A stretch of DNA of 61,090 bases, counting the filler, from Dugesia japonica (lineage: Eukaryota): the NCBI GenBank assembly GCA_001938525.1. It is 5 parts of 5 records of this genome, joined end to end, with 100 filler letters (N's around TTAATTAATTAA, not from the genome) between each part and the next. Parts side by side here need not be neighbours in the genome. Positions count along the whole stretch, not along the records: positions 33,202 to 43,351 come from MQRL01634342.1; positions 43,452 to 52,333 come from MQRL01610132.1; positions 52,434 to 61,090 come from MQRL01573783.1; 2 more parts are not named here. One strand, written 5' to 3'. Below, in pieces: positions 39,047 to 53,010 of this stretch; position 1 is the first letter of the stretch, and the number at the start of each line of letters is the position of its first letter. The notes under the pieces were generated by a model. That model saw only the letters and a program-made list of their open reading frames with translations, had not been told where the DNA came from and did no database searches. The position numbers and the translations under genes are program-made.

Positions 39047-39081
39047 AAATTAAAAATTGATTTTAATATTTTCATTATTTT

Positions 39082-39240
39082 TTAATCGCAATAATTGAGT
39101 TTTAAGATTAATTCAACGATTGTAAACATATAATATAATGGTTTGAGAATATTATTCACATCCATTTTACACAATTCTTTAATTAAATAATTATCATCGT
39201 TATCTTGAAAGGCTTCATAGTCAATAAAAAAGACGGACAT
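39082..39240 (-). pseudogene. Truncated DEDD/DnaQ-like exonuclease ORF of a Maverick/Polinton remnant
   Basis: MSVFFIDYEAFQDNDDNYLIKELC resembles the ExoI hhDxExF...hhKEhx start; directly downstream of the protease on the same strand. Confidence 0.5.
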
Positions 39241-39284
39241 TTTTTAAAATATCTATTTTTGTAATCACATTATTGTTTATAATT

Positions 39285-39490
39285 ATAATGGCTTTTGAGC
39301 CATGAAATACAATATTGTCCACATAGAAATGTCAATGGATTCTAATACATGATTTGATTATACTCGACACATTGCTGCATACGCTCCAATTTTGCTACCA
39401 ACAATGGTGGATAAAACATACCTATTGGATCAAATACACGAATAATATTTGATTTGACATGAGAATAACAATCCAATGCTCACCATCACC
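39285..39490 (-). pseudogene. Adenain-like cysteine protease fragment (Maverick/Polinton)
   Basis: GEHWIVI /frameshift/ RVFDPIG ... YNQIMY*NPLTFLCGQYCI: the His, Asp, (Gln) and Cys motifs of clan CE adenain-type proteases. Confidence 0.8.
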
Positions 39491-40030
39491 AAATAAATGC
39501 TTGTTACTATCAACCCACATACTCCTCAAAAGTAGCAAGCGTACATCACCAACAAGAATGGGATCGACTATCAATAAGTAAATAAATAGTTGTCTTATAA
39601 CACCATGTAATAATGGTTTATGCAAACCCTTTACTTGTTCTGTAGACTTGTTGAATTTTACAGAAGGAAGACCAAGTATTGGCGAAAGACTCTCATCAAA
39701 TGATACATATGCAACATTATCAAGTAATTTAAACATGACCAGTCCAAATTTTGAATCTATAACAAATTCTTTAAATATTTTGTGGCATAATTTAATAAAT
39801 GATGTAACCAGATTATCCAGATCGGTAACCGTTAAATCAATTTCGAATTCAAAACAATTTATTTCTGTTTTATTTCAGTAAATTTTAATTTAACATCAGT
39901 TTTGACAATTGTTGTTTTATAACTAAAAGGAACTAAATAGACAAAATATATCTTAAAACTGCCGATTACATATTAGTTCGACTAAACAACATCTATTTCT
40001 ACATCCCCTCTCAAATTTATTGTTGGTATT
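39491..40030 (-). pseudogene. Maverick/Polinton minor capsid (penton) protein fragment
   Basis: LSPILG...RQLFIYLLIVDPILVGDVRLLLLRSM matches the YVYxDIVxPxxVGDxxxPLLRxV signature. Confidence 0.75.
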
Positions 40031-40079
40031 TATGATTTACTTTTTGCTCTCAAATTGGGTAGCGCCTGTCTTTACTTTC

Positions 40080-42135
40080 GGTTTTCTGTAACTCTAATGT
40101 ATTAGGTCTTGTTATTCCACTGATGATAGATTTAGATTTGTAATTAGTTTGACGAATCTCTCCCTTGAACCGTTTTACTTGGTGAATATTCCTTCTTATT
40201 CTTTTATTGTTCAGTAAAAGCTCTAAATTATTATTAGGTAAATATTATTAACTTGCCATGGTCCTAAGAATCTCCTCGTAAAAATAGCCCTCTCGTTGGT
40301 TTTTACCATCACCAAATCCCCTACTCTAGCTTTGTTTTGTTCTGTTCGTGGTTCTTCCGGTAATTTTAGCTGGTTCTTTATCTCCTTAATGTTGTTTTCT
40401 GCCAACTCTTTCTTTCCTTTTTCGTTTGTTTTCTAATTCTTTATTTCTCCTGAAGCGATTCTAGTGCTTAATCTCATTTTAGTACCAAATATTATTTCGA
40501 ATGGTGAAATATTGTGTTTATTTGATTTAGCTGATCGCATGCTCATTTCTGCAAATGGTAAAGTTTCTACCCAATTTTGTTTATTCGATTGTCTCATCGT
40601 AAATATTTTATCTTTTGCGGCTCTGAATCCTCGTTCTATTAGTCAATTTCACTTATGATAATAGAGAGACAAATATGATTTACTTATGTGTAGCTCCTTG
40701 AATAATCTTTTCATCGATGATGACTTAAATTTTGTTCCATTGTCTGTATGAATGATTTTAGCAATTCCAAAATATTCTATCCACCTTTTTTGTATAGATT
40801 TTGATCCCCTCTGCGGTTATATTTTTTATTGGGATTAATGATACATATCTGGAGTATATGTTTATTATGCCCTAGATGTAGGAATAACTGTCTACTGTTG
40901 TTAATGGTCCTGTGATGTCTACATATATTGTTTCAAATAGTTTTGATCTTACATCCTAGTTAATTTCCTTCTTTTCTTTCTGCACATGAAATACAATTGT
41001 CAATGAATGTATCTATATCGACTTTCATGTTATTCCACTGGTGGTATCTTTGTACATTATGCAAAGTCTGCCTTCCACTTGGGTGTTCTAATCTATTGTG
41101 AAAATAATTAAATGATTCATTTACTCTATTCGTATCGTAGGCTTCTCGTTCTTTCTCAATCTCTTTGACTTCACAATAACTTATTTTCTCATTTTCAGCT
41201 ATTGATTTTACCACCTTTATGTTCCGTTTCTTTTTCGGGTCTTTATATTTTATTTCACATTGTTCGCATTGTTTCTCTCTAGATAAAGCGTCCGCATTCA
41301 CATGAAATTTTCCAGTACTATGTTGAATTTCAAAATTATAAGCCTCTAATTCTGCTATCCATGAGCAATATTGGGAGGTATTTGGCTTGTTCCAATTCCG
41401 CATCCATGTTAAACTTTTATGGTCCGTCCGTGTGAAAATTATTTTGCCTAAAAGGTAATGTTTAAATCGTGTTGCAAAATAATATACTGCCAGGAGTTCT
41501 TTCCTAGTTACACGGTACATCTGCTCTGTCTTTGTAAATTTTTTGATCCATAGCAGATAAATTTCTCTTCATTATTTTGTAACTGGCTCAGAACTGCCCC
41601 ATAGCATGGTGACTAGCATCAGTATCCAATACAAAAATTTCTGTTCGATTTGAGAAAACTAAAACTGGGGAATTTGTCAAAGTGTCTTTTATTTTTGAAA
41701 ATGACATTGTGTGTTCCTCTTTCCATTTTAGATTTACAATCTTTTTCCTATTTCCAATGATATTAGCTTCTCTAAGAATTTCTTCTAAAGATCTAACTAT
41801 GACGGCATAGTTCTCAACAAAAATGTCTGTAATAGTTACAGAATCTTAAGAAACATTGCAAATCTTCATTTGTTTGTGGTGGCTGCTAATTTTGAACAGC
41901 TATAACTTTATCTGGATCTGTTTCAATTCCTCTTTCAGATATAATATGATCCAAATATTTAACTGAATTCGTAGAAAAGTGCACTTTGTAGGTAATAATT
42001 TGACTCCTGCTTGTCGTATTTCTCTAATACTGTTCTTAGTCTCTCATTATATTCTTCAAAATCTTTTCCAAAGATGAGAATGTCATCTAAGTATATTAAA
42101 CATTTTTCAAAATTTTCTTCTCGTAAAATGAAAAA
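40080..42135 (-). mobile_element. Ty3/Gypsy pol pseudogene (RT-RNaseH-integrase)
   Basis: IYLDDILIFG, VKYLDHIIS, LDTDAS, TRKELLAV..F..YLLG, TDHKSL, NADALSR, H..H..C..C zinc finger, DITGPL, IHTDNG, GPW; integrase lies after RNase H. Confidence 0.92.
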
Positions 42136-45100
42136 CTAAATACTTGATTGCATTATTATCAGGTCGAGTTCTTGGACAACTATTACTCGGCAAACCATAT
42201 AAAAACTCATTATTGGATTTGAGATGCTTGAATCCACTTAGGCTTTGAATACCCGTGTCATTTAACTAAATATTGTTTATATTATCCAAGAAAATATCAT
42301 GTATATATTCGTATACATTTCTTTTTATATTATTATTATAGACTTAAAGCTAATCGTAATCAACAAAATAAACAAATATCTACAGTTACAAAACAAATTT
42401 CAAACAGCTTGAATCAACAACAACAACATCCGATGGAACAAAATCATAATTCTACTATACGGAAATATAACACTTATCGTTTCCAGTTGTGGGATTAACC
42501 GATCATTGTAAATATTGAAGACAGTGTAGAAATTAAAAAATCAAAACATTTATATATAATAAAAAATATGAGCGAATGTGATTTGGATAAAATGCCACAA
42601 GCAATGAAACAGTTGAATGCCAAATTAGATTTTGATGAAAANNNNNNNNNNNNNNNNNNNNNNNNNNNNNNNNNNNNNNNNNNNNNNNNNNACAAAATCA
42701 TCTTTACTTACCAGGTTATAAAATAACAATTTTGGATGTTATTGGTCGAAAATTGAAAAAGATGCAAAAATCAATAAAGTGTAGTATCAAGATTGCTTTA
42801 AATGGTTGTCAACAAATGAATAATAACCACTCTATGATCCCTTTATGGGATATCAAGCAAATAATGTATGACTATGAATGATATGTCGTGCGATAACTTT
42901 ATTTGTAGCAGTCAACCTCTGCACACATGCAGAACCCCCCCCCCAACGTAATCGCATTATTACATAACTGAGGTTGTATTTTTCTAATGTAAATAGGCGG
43001 TGGCACACATTTGTGTGCGTTACATAATGTAATTAATCTTGTCGCGAGATTATTACGTAAGGTTACTTTTTTCCTGTGTATTTAGTTGGGAAAAAAATTT
43101 TATCGGAATTTTTTAAAGAATCCATGCAAACTGTTCATTTTGTTTAAATATTATGAAAATTTAAAAATTTTTTAAATCAAATTTTTATGGGAATCCGGGA
43201 GAACCTCCGAATATTCGAAAATTTTTGCAAAATTTTTTATCGAGATTTTTACATGAATCGATGGAGATTATTTTTCTCAAATAAAAATTTTTCGAAAAAA
43301 TTATTTCTCATCTTTACATAAAATAACTATGTTTATTAGATAGAGAATTCTNNNNNNNNNNNNNNNNNNNNNNNNNNNNNNNNNNNNNNNNNNNNTTAAT
43401 TAATTAANNNNNNNNNNNNNNNNNNNNNNNNNNNNNNNNNNNNNNNNNNNNGTCAGGTATGTTGATTTATTTGTTTTAGTCCCGTATTATTATTTCATAG
43501 ATTTCCCCAAGACTGCTGGCTTCTATAACAATATATATAGAAGCCGGTGATGTAATATTGTCATAAAATATATTTTAGAAACTCTAGTTGGACTTCTTTA
43601 TAACAAGCTTCATTCATAATCAAGTTCAAATAACAAATCTAAAATTGCTACAATAATAATATTTATTAATAATACAAAATATTTTTAAATTTACAAAATT
43701 GAGTTATTATTATTGAGTTAAATCTTCAAATTTACAATATAAAAATGAATAAATAATAAAACAGTTTATTTACAATTTATAACAACTTACGCAAATTAAT
43801 TTTTTATCAATAATTGTAGATTTCGAATAATGTCAAAAATAGTTTTACAATCAAATTTTACAGAAAATTTAAAAAACGGTCAGCATACAATATTTTAACC
43901 TCGTTATAAAAAATCAATAATTCAGAATTCATTAATTTATGTGCATAATAAAATAACTAATGTTGGGTATTACAACTCAACAAAAGATTTTATGGTTCGA
44001 AAATATATATATATATTAAGATTTTACGGGTGTTAAATTCTTTATCTTTATGTATGTCTATACGATATTATATAATTAATATGTGACAATGTAAATAAAC
44101 TGATATATTGTATTTTCTATATAAATAAATGAAAACAACCTTTTAAACTACTTTTATTATTTTTGTTGTATAACAATACACGGTGTACAACTTATACCTT
44201 AGAGAGCTAATTTTAATTATCAGAAGTACTGCCTCACTTAGAGTTCGGAGCCTTNNNNNNNNNNNNNNNNNNNNNNNNNNNNNNNNNNNNNNNNNNNNNN
44301 NNNNNNNNNNNNNNNNNNNNNNTTGATACACCTACAATAAAATTCTCAAAAATTTATTCTATATTTACAATAAAATTTTATTCAATCAGATATTTTTTAC
44401 AAAAATTAATTGTTTTTTTCCAAGATAGTTTTATAAAATTTCACAAAATAAATTGTTTTTTCAAAATAAATTTAAAAAATATTTTACATTAAAAATAAAA
44501 TAAAATAATAAAATAAATTCAATAAATTAAAATATACACTTTATAAAACATTGTTCAATTCAGCTGAATTAATAATTCAGATAAACAACTAGGATTAAAA
44601 ATAAACTGTTCGATTCAATAAAATTAATAATTCAATTAAACAATGTCAATTGAAGGATAGTTCGAATTGATTTGGATCTGAATTGAATTTGTACAATAAT
44701 TTGACTGCTTTGCTTTGGGGTTTTGAGGATTTGCTTTTGAGCTTCTGTCTGATACATTTATGTTCTGCATGTTATGTTTTGCATGTTGTATGTAACTTAT
44801 AAACTCAACCCTAAAATATTCGCAAACCCGACATTTTCTTACTATGGTTTTTGAGACAACATCCTGGGCAATTAGAAAACCGTATTATAAAGCTAGTAAA
44901 TTTATAGATGAGCTTGATAATCTTATTTACTTGTGTGATAGTTGAGAAGAAGTCTTGATGGACTTTACTTTTCTATATTATACATTTCTAATATATAACA
45001 ACGCATCAATTGAATTTGTAACTGGAACATCGCAAACGACGGAAATAGTTGCTATAAAAAAATAGTGGCTATAATTGAAAAAAATTAAAATGATTGTTTG

Positions 45101-45968
45101 TTAATGCATACAGTTCATGAGAAAAGCTTGTTGGTAATATCAAAATAACAACATGAAATATGAATTCCAGCTAATGAGTCTTCATATTTAGCAATAGATG
45201 ATTTTCTTAGAATTCAAAGAGTGTTCGTATGAAGATTACTAGTTACTGTTATTCATAAAAGACACTTAAACAAATATTTTCATATTATTGTAAAACCTTG
45301 TCTATGTAATTTTACTTAATCTTGTTTTAAACTTTTCAAAATGTTTCTGATTAAGCACCTGAAAATTAATTATACAATTTTCAGCATTAAATCAAGAATT
45401 TACAATTTTTTCTTATCAGTTATATCATCAATTTTTATTCTTAATAATCTCGCTAATTTTTTAATTTTTCATATATTTATACAGTATACAAAAAGAATTT
45501 GATAACCTCATTCACTAAGTTTGTTTTGANNNNNNNNNNNNNNNNNNNNNNNNNNNNNNNNNNNNNNNNNNNNNNNNNNNNNNNNNNNNNNNNNNNNNNN
45601 NNNNNNNNNNNNNNNNNNNNNNNNNNNNNNNNNNNNNNNNNNNNNNNNNNNNNNNNNNNNNNNNNNTGTTTGCATTTAGGTAATTCTCTTATGATGAGCA
45701 GGTAATTTTAGTTTCATCATATCATATATCGATCAGTATATTGTTTTTAATATATATTTTAATTAACTGATTGCAGTTCTTTAATTTCTTTTCAATCAAT
45801 ATATTTCTTATTTTGTTTTCGCTATTCCTTTATTTTAATCATTTAGTCTATTAATTATCTTTAACTGCCACTTTTTTATGCGTTTCAATGCTTAGTTTCT
45901 CACAATCTGGGTGTTGAAGCTTCCTATTCTAACAAAATTAATTAATTAAATTTAAACATTATCTTAGC

Positions 45969-46267
45969 CAGTGGTTACCAAACTAGGGACTGAGAAGGTG
46001 TTTTAAGAGGACCACGAGAGAGATTGTGCTGGAAAAAATTAGAGTTATTTACATTTGGTTTGTGTCATACAACTTTGGTGGACACTAAAAAACCTAAGCT
46101 GCTTAAGTTAAAGTTTGATTATTCGGAAATCTCTGAGCTTTAAAATGTTACTATGTGCCACTGTATTAACCTATATATACCCCTCCTGAAGCTTGGGAAC
46201 CGCGGTGTGAATTTTTTTTATTAAGGAACCTTACAGTGAAAAATTTAAAAAAGTTTGGTAACAACTG
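45969..46267. mobile_element. hAT (Charlie-like) MITE, 299 bp
   Basis: TIRs cagtggttaccaaact / agtttggtaacaactg; degenerate 8-bp TSD atcttagc / atttaagc. Confidence 0.8.
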
Positions 46268-47921
46268 ATTTAAGCAATGATGATAGACTCTAAAATTTTA
46301 ATAAAAACTATTTTGNTTTTATAGTTGTTAGATACAGTATACAAAACAAGTATACTTAGTAAACCAATTTGAGTTTAATTAAATAAAATAATTTTAATGT
46401 AGATAGAAAACTACGATCGAAAATAAAAGTAATTTTAAAATTATTGGCACGTCTATGGTCGAATTAAGTAAAATTTTATGAAATAAAAATTTAGTTTTAT
46501 ACTTATTGTTGATTACTACTGGTGGTATTAGTATTGATTAAATTCTGTAATAATGATTAAGAAAAATTATTTATTCATTGTTAAATTGTTTAAATGCTTT
46601 ATTTAATTTACCTTGAAATTCGTTTTGAAATTATTATTATTAATTTGAAAATTTAAGCATAACTACATTATTGTTATTAATATATTTATTATTTGATTAA
46701 ATGAACGGTTATCTGATTATTTTTAATTGTTAAATGACATTTTAAGTGTCTTATTCGGATGGTTTCTACCAAAGTCTTTTAAATAATTTTTAACCAGAGC
46801 ACATTGNNNNNNNNNNNNNNNNNNNNNNNNNNNNNNNNNNNNNNNNNNNNNNNNNNNTATAGTTTTAAAGCTAAATTTTTGAAGTTGAATTATATATCAC
46901 TATGGTTTTAAAAGATTAATGAATAGTGATAGAGTAATGTTAGTTGTTGGTGGACAATTTTTTTACGAATACTTTATATTATTTTTGTATTGATCCTTTC
47001 TTTATTATAATAATATTTGTAATGCTTATTGCATTGCACATCCACTAGTGCAAATCTATTTTTATTTAAATTTTATTTGAAGTTTAGATTTTTTACAAAA
47101 TTTGCACATGATTTAATAAATTTTTATTGTATAAATCTGAATGAAAGCTATGTTACTTATTGAACATAGTATTTGATAAAGCATTTCTATGATTTATTGA
47201 AAATTATATTAGGTGTTATATATATGGCTTTATTATATGTGTGTATTATTTCCATTAAGTTTAATGATTGTATTTAGTTTATTATATGCATATTGCTTAT
47301 TTTGTGAATTGGTTGTAATTGATTTATTGTTTGTATGTACACCCAACTCTTTATGCGGTATATGGATTTCCAATAGAAAACAATACACGTCACCCAATAA
47401 AATAGGGTATGTGTCCTACGACTTANGAAAATCGTATCTTTAAAAACTACATATTTTTCCAAAACACCCTGCAAAAATATAATAATGAAACGTATATTAT
47501 ATGTTTAAACCCAATCATTTTTATTGTAAAATAAAATTAGTCAGTCCATAATTATAAATAAAAAATTGATGGAAAATTTGAAAAAATAATTCGTATTAGG
47601 CATAAAAATACGAGCAAANNNNNNNNNNNNNNNNNNNNNNNNNNNNNNNNNAAAAAGATAGGTGTATTTAATTTTCTATGTATTGGGTTGAATACGTTTT
47701 GGATTTAACAGATTAATTGGGATTTGTTCAGTGTAAAAACTATCAAAACCAAATAGAAAACTTGTAAACCATTGAACTACACCTTTGAACGCTACAGACA
47801 CCTAGTCAGATTCTATAGTTGCCTATGAAACTTTAAAAGCCAATAAGACCCTAAAAGACTTTATAACACCATTTTAAAAAACTAAAACAAGTTTTAATAC
47901 TAAAACTCTATAGAAAGACTA

Positions 47922-48245
47922 TTAAAATCTTCTGTAAAACCTATGAAATAATGATACTAATGCTGGTGCCAATGAAGAACCCATTGCAGCGCCATCTTTC
48001 TGAGAGAACCAATCATTATTAAATAAAAGAATTAAAATCTTTACGGTTCCCTTAACTATTTCATCAAATTTATAGTTTAAATTCACGTAATAATTTGCCC
48101 AGGGATAAACACAGATATCCCTTGTCACATTTATAGAAAAATTTTTGAACATACTAACTATATCAAAAGAAATCATAATTTTCTTATCTAAGATAACTTG
48201 TTAACTTTTTAAGCAATTTACGAATTCAAACGAATTTTTGATTTA
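47922..48245 (-). mobile_element. Penelope-like RT fragment, same family as 130..1300
   Basis: MISFDIVSMFKN...WFSQKDGAAMGSSLAP; shares nucleotide sequence (attacgtgaatttaaactata) with ~880-900. Confidence 0.8.
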
Positions 48246-50056
48246 ATAATTTATCAAATTTTCAGTTTGCTTATTCGTGCTAATTAATTAATTAAATAAT
48301 TTACAATAAGTTAAATTATATCATAAATTAAGAAAATAAAATATTTATTAAATTTTTTATGAAAGTGCAAGTTAATCATGTACCAAATTATAATAAAATT
48401 ATATTAGTACGTATGAATATTATTTTACAATGTAAATTAACATTTTTCTAGTAATTTATACACCAAAATTAATAAAATGATCATAAATAAAAGCAATACA
48501 ATTGGAATAAATAAAATTTCTTAATAAAAATGTTAATGTCATTTTAATTTGAATTGAATTGTATTTTGATCGAATTATTAATATATCGTATACAGTGGTT
48601 TGTTTCTTGGATAAAATTGATTGCCGGGCTTGGTTGATTGATCGAGAATTAATGTTATTTCACGGGATTATTGTCAAGTTTATCTTGTTAATGTTGTGTG
48701 GTGATTGTAGTATAGTGTTTGCTTGATTGTTATGTAATGATTGTTGTATGGTTTTTGTATTGTTTTCGCAACAATATCACACACACATATATATTTATAT
48801 ATAAATAAAATATCATTATATCTATAGTATCAATAATAAGTCATAGGATTCATCTATATTGTGTATTATATTTGGATTTGCAATTTATCTTAATTTAAAT
48901 TTTTAAAACTATCACATTTGCTGACTTAAATTTTCCAAATCTCAAAACCATCTTCACAAAAAATTCGTTTATACAATATAAACAAGTTACTAAGTTATAA
49001 ATTTGTTGGGGTGAAACACCGGGTACGGAGAACAAAAATGGCAGTAAGTAAAGTCGAAAGTGAAAAGATAGTCACCAAATAGGGAATCAAAGAATCCAGA
49101 CAAAGGAAAATTACAATTCATTGAAGGAAAAAAATAATTAAGAGGAAAACCTAGGGTGGTAGTTAAAACCAACGTAATAAAGTTACAGCAAGAAAAAACT
49201 CAGAAATAAGAAAGCCAAAAGGAAGAAAATAAGTAATAGAAGCTATCAACCAGATAAAGAAAACAATGAATAATTAGTTCATTAGGCAAANCTAAGAAAA
49301 CCATATTGAACTAATAAATGGAGAAAAAGAAAATAAATTAAAGGAATTAATTTAATTAATTAATGAAAGAAAAAACGTCGAACTTAAATTAATTTCAGAT
49401 CAAAAAAACAAAGAAATGAATATATAATTAATATTTACGAAGAAAATAAAATAAACAATTCATTTATTTTAATAACATAAACCATACGAATTAATATAAT
49501 TTATTTTTAAAAGAAAATTAAATATTTTGTGAAATATGGATAAAACGACGGCTTCCCAAGGTGGAAAAATGAGCGATAAAGAAGATTATAGTCAAGAAAA
49601 AATCGGAGAATTCGAAAATTTAAGTTAAAAAATCATAACAAGACTCAAATAGAAGATACAAGAGTTTGAAGATGGACCAATAATTTTGGAATCCTAAAAT
49701 AACCGCCAATAAAATGAACTCATGTGACGTTCAAGCCAATAGACACATTAGAAAAATTGTACGATGTTAAGTAACCAATGAAAGAAACGAGAGTGTAAAG
49801 AAAAACAGTATAAATACCGTTTCAATTTCAGACGAAAAACCCATTAAAAATTTAATCCTTAAATAAAAATCTATACTTAAACCGAACCTCAAAAAAACAA
49901 AAACCAATATTAATCAATCTTCGTTATTGGAAAATTCACTGAAATCAAGAATCTCAACGGTAATTATTTATCCATATGAAATTTGGATGCCACGATTTCC
50001 GACTGGAAGATGGAAAATTATGGAGGACCAATTAGGATCGTTACTGGCTACCGAAA

Positions 50057-50492
50057 TGTTGTCAGTTCGCGTGCGGTGCATGCACCGGATCGGGATTCAG
50101 TCTATGTTAGTTATATTGATTGTTGTAATTATATGCTTAATTATTAATAAGTGAAGTTTTTTAATCCCAATATATTTTTCACTTACAAACTCTTTTGTTT
50201 TTATGATAATTAATTTCCTAACTTATGAAAGTAAAAATAACTAAGATTAATCAGATAAATTAACACTCCATAAACTGGAAATTTTATAAGAAAACGATAA
50301 GTATGTGTCTTAAGTTAAGCGAGTATTCTGAAGTACGAACCCAAACTAAAGGAATGCGAGTCTGTACTCGAACTACGAGTCAACGGCTCCATTCCGAAGA
50401 TCTGGATTTTTGGGACNACAGATTAAATTCTTCGCGGGGTTTTACTAGGCCGACCACCCTGAACTTAATTATTAAAAAAAATTAACCCATCT
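50057..50492 (-). mobile_element. LTR (~435 bp) followed by a PBS-like sequence
   Basis: Minus strand ends ...ctgaCAACA, then tttcggtagccagtaacgatcc; homologous to 13682-14202. Confidence 0.65.
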
Positions 50493-50544
50493 AGATAAAA
50501 CCTAAACAAATTTATAAAATGGATAAATTAAGAAATGATGCATA

Positions 50545-51070
50545 ATATCAAATTATGGTCCTAGTGGTGGTGAAAAAACTCTGTTCGTATGCAATTATTT
50601 AAATTCAATTTATTTAAATAAAAGTTCAGCAAAATATACCATCAGAGTTCAGTACTATAGAAATGACAATTATAAATGAATTTGATGATTATTGGAGCAA
50701 GCAATTGAAACCAGATGATATAATTGTCATTGATGATCTATACCGGGAAGCAAACAAAGAAAAGTAGTTTAACGATTTATTCACAAAGATATCAAGACAT
50801 TGTAATGTGACTATGATATTCCTTACTCAAAATCTATTTCATCGAGGACGGGGTCACAGAACACGTAATTTATATGCATATATACTTGGTTCTATTTAAA
50901 AATTCAAGAGATAAAACCGTGGTCGATTTATTAGCAAGACAGACATATCCTAATAATAGAAAATTTCTTATGAATTCAATCAAGAAGGGAACAATAAATC
51001 CACATGGATATCTTTATATGACATTGAATAACAAGTTTTACACCCGCATTGTTACTTGTAATGATTCCTT
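50545..51070 (+). pseudogene. Maverick/Polinton A32/FtsK-like packaging ATPase fragment
   Basis: Walker A GPSGGEKTLFV, Walker B IIVIDDL, LFTKISRHCNVTMIFLTQNLF, LVLFKNSRD...LARQTYP...PHGYL. Confidence 0.85.
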
Positions 51071-51074
51071 ATGA

Positions 51075-51713
51075 AAATCTGAAACTAAGAAAATCATGGG
51101 TAAAGCATGTTTAACCCGGAAAATCCACACCAAAACGAGACTTGCATGAAAACAAGGTGTTGCTATCCATTTTTTGCGATCAAAGGAGAATTATTTATTT
51201 TGAGCTTCTGAACAAACGTGAAACGATTGATGGTCAGTGTTATCAACAAAAATTAATAAAATTGAGTCAATATTGCACGAAAAACGGTCAGACTATTCAA
51301 ATAGACATGAGACGGTGTTGTTACAGCATGACAACGTTCGACCCCACATTTCAATTTCAGTGAGGAATACGATAGCAGAATTTGGAAGTGAAGTTTTACC
51401 TCACCCGCCATACTTACCAGACACTGCACAAAGTGATTACCACCTTTTTCTCTCAATGCAAGATGGCTTTTATTAACAGCACATCAATAATCATTATGAT
51501 GTCTAAAAATGGCTTGACTATTGGGAAAATTCCAAGAAAGAAATTTTTTTATCATGGCATTCATTTGCTGCCAAAAAGGTGGCAAATTGTTATTAGCATT
51601 GATGGACGCAACTTTGAATTCAATGTTATGTAAAAATAAATGCATATGGAGTTTTAATTTACGTTTCTTCTTATTCTTAAAAAACAGCGAGAATTAATGC
51701 AACTAACCTAATA
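51075..51713 (+). mobile_element. mariner transposase 3' half with right TIR
   Basis: KVLLSIFCD...IIYFELL, LLQHDNVRPH, VLPHPPYLPDTAQSDYHLF (DD34D), GIHLLPKRWQ; TIR aaaacagcgagaattaatgcaactaacctaa-ta. Confidence 0.92.
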
Positions 51714-52130
51714 GAAGAAAAGTAGATACGGCCATAAAAAATTTAGTGGACGCTAATATTATAAGAAAATGTAATTCGCTGATTTTTACCACACCACTGA
51801 TATGAGTCTGGAGGAAAATAAAGGATATGAGACTTTGCTTGGACTTCAGAAAACTGAACGCAGTTACGGAACGACAGGCCTTCCCGATGCCAAATGTGGA
51901 AAAAATATTAGACAATTTGTATTGGGCAAATATTTCAGTACCATAGACTTGGGAAACGCGTATTACCAGGCATCGTTAGAAAAATAGTCACAAGAGAAAG
52001 CAGCCTTTTCGACAAAAAATGGTCAATATTGCTTCACAAGAATGCCATTCGGCATAGCAGCAGCCACAGGAACATTACAAGAACTAATGACAAAAGTATT
52101 GAACGGTCTAAATGGAGCAATGGTGTAGAT
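51714..52130 (+). mobile_element. Ty3/Gypsy reverse transcriptase fragment
   Basis: RLCLDFRKLNAVT..FPMP, YFSTIDLGNAYYQ, AFST..GQY.F.RMPFG motifs. Confidence 0.88.
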
Positions 52131-52945
52131 TCATCAAGAATTATTCAAAGAAATCAAGAGCCCTGGGAAGCAACATCACCAAGCTAATTTGGTCAGATGG
52201 ATCGGCTTGTAGAAGAAAATAAATATGACTATTGAATTATGATTTGATTTTGATTGAAATAAAATATTTTCGATCACTTGTTTTTTATTTATTGAATTTA
52301 TATTTTATTGATAAAAATTTAAGAATAGTAGTANNNNNNNNNNNNNNNNNNNNNNNNNNNNNNNNNNNNNNNNNNNNTTAATTAATTAANNNNNNNNNNN
52401 NNNNNNNNNNNNNNNNNNNNNNNNNNNNNNNNNAAGAAAAAAGTCCACATACAAAAATGCTAACACGAAAAAAGCCTATACGGACAAAGCCCCACGTTGA
52501 CAAAAGCTCATATTTCTGTATTTATCGAACATATTTATTATTTTAATCTCAATTTCCTCATGTTTTGTGGGGTTGATTACATTAGTCTTAATTGATTATT
52601 TATATTTTGTATTGAGATGTTAAGATATACAAACATTAATTACTTTTCCATAGGGTCCCTTCTTGTGTAAATATATTTTCATATAATAAAATTTCATTTA
52701 GAAGTAAAAAAAATTAAAGGCAAATAAAGAACGAAAACATTTAACATAATAATAACTAATATGTATTTAAATAGTAAAAACAATATTTATGAAGTGATTT
52801 TCTAAAATCATAAAATCTTAAAATAATAACATTAATGTAATTAGTAGGNNNNNNNNNNNNNNNNNNNNNNNNNNNNNNNNNNNNNNNNNNNNNNNNNNNN
52901 NNNNNNNNNNNNNNNNNNNNNNNNNNNNNNNNNNNNNNNNNNNNN

Positions 52946-53010
<65 letters not shown>

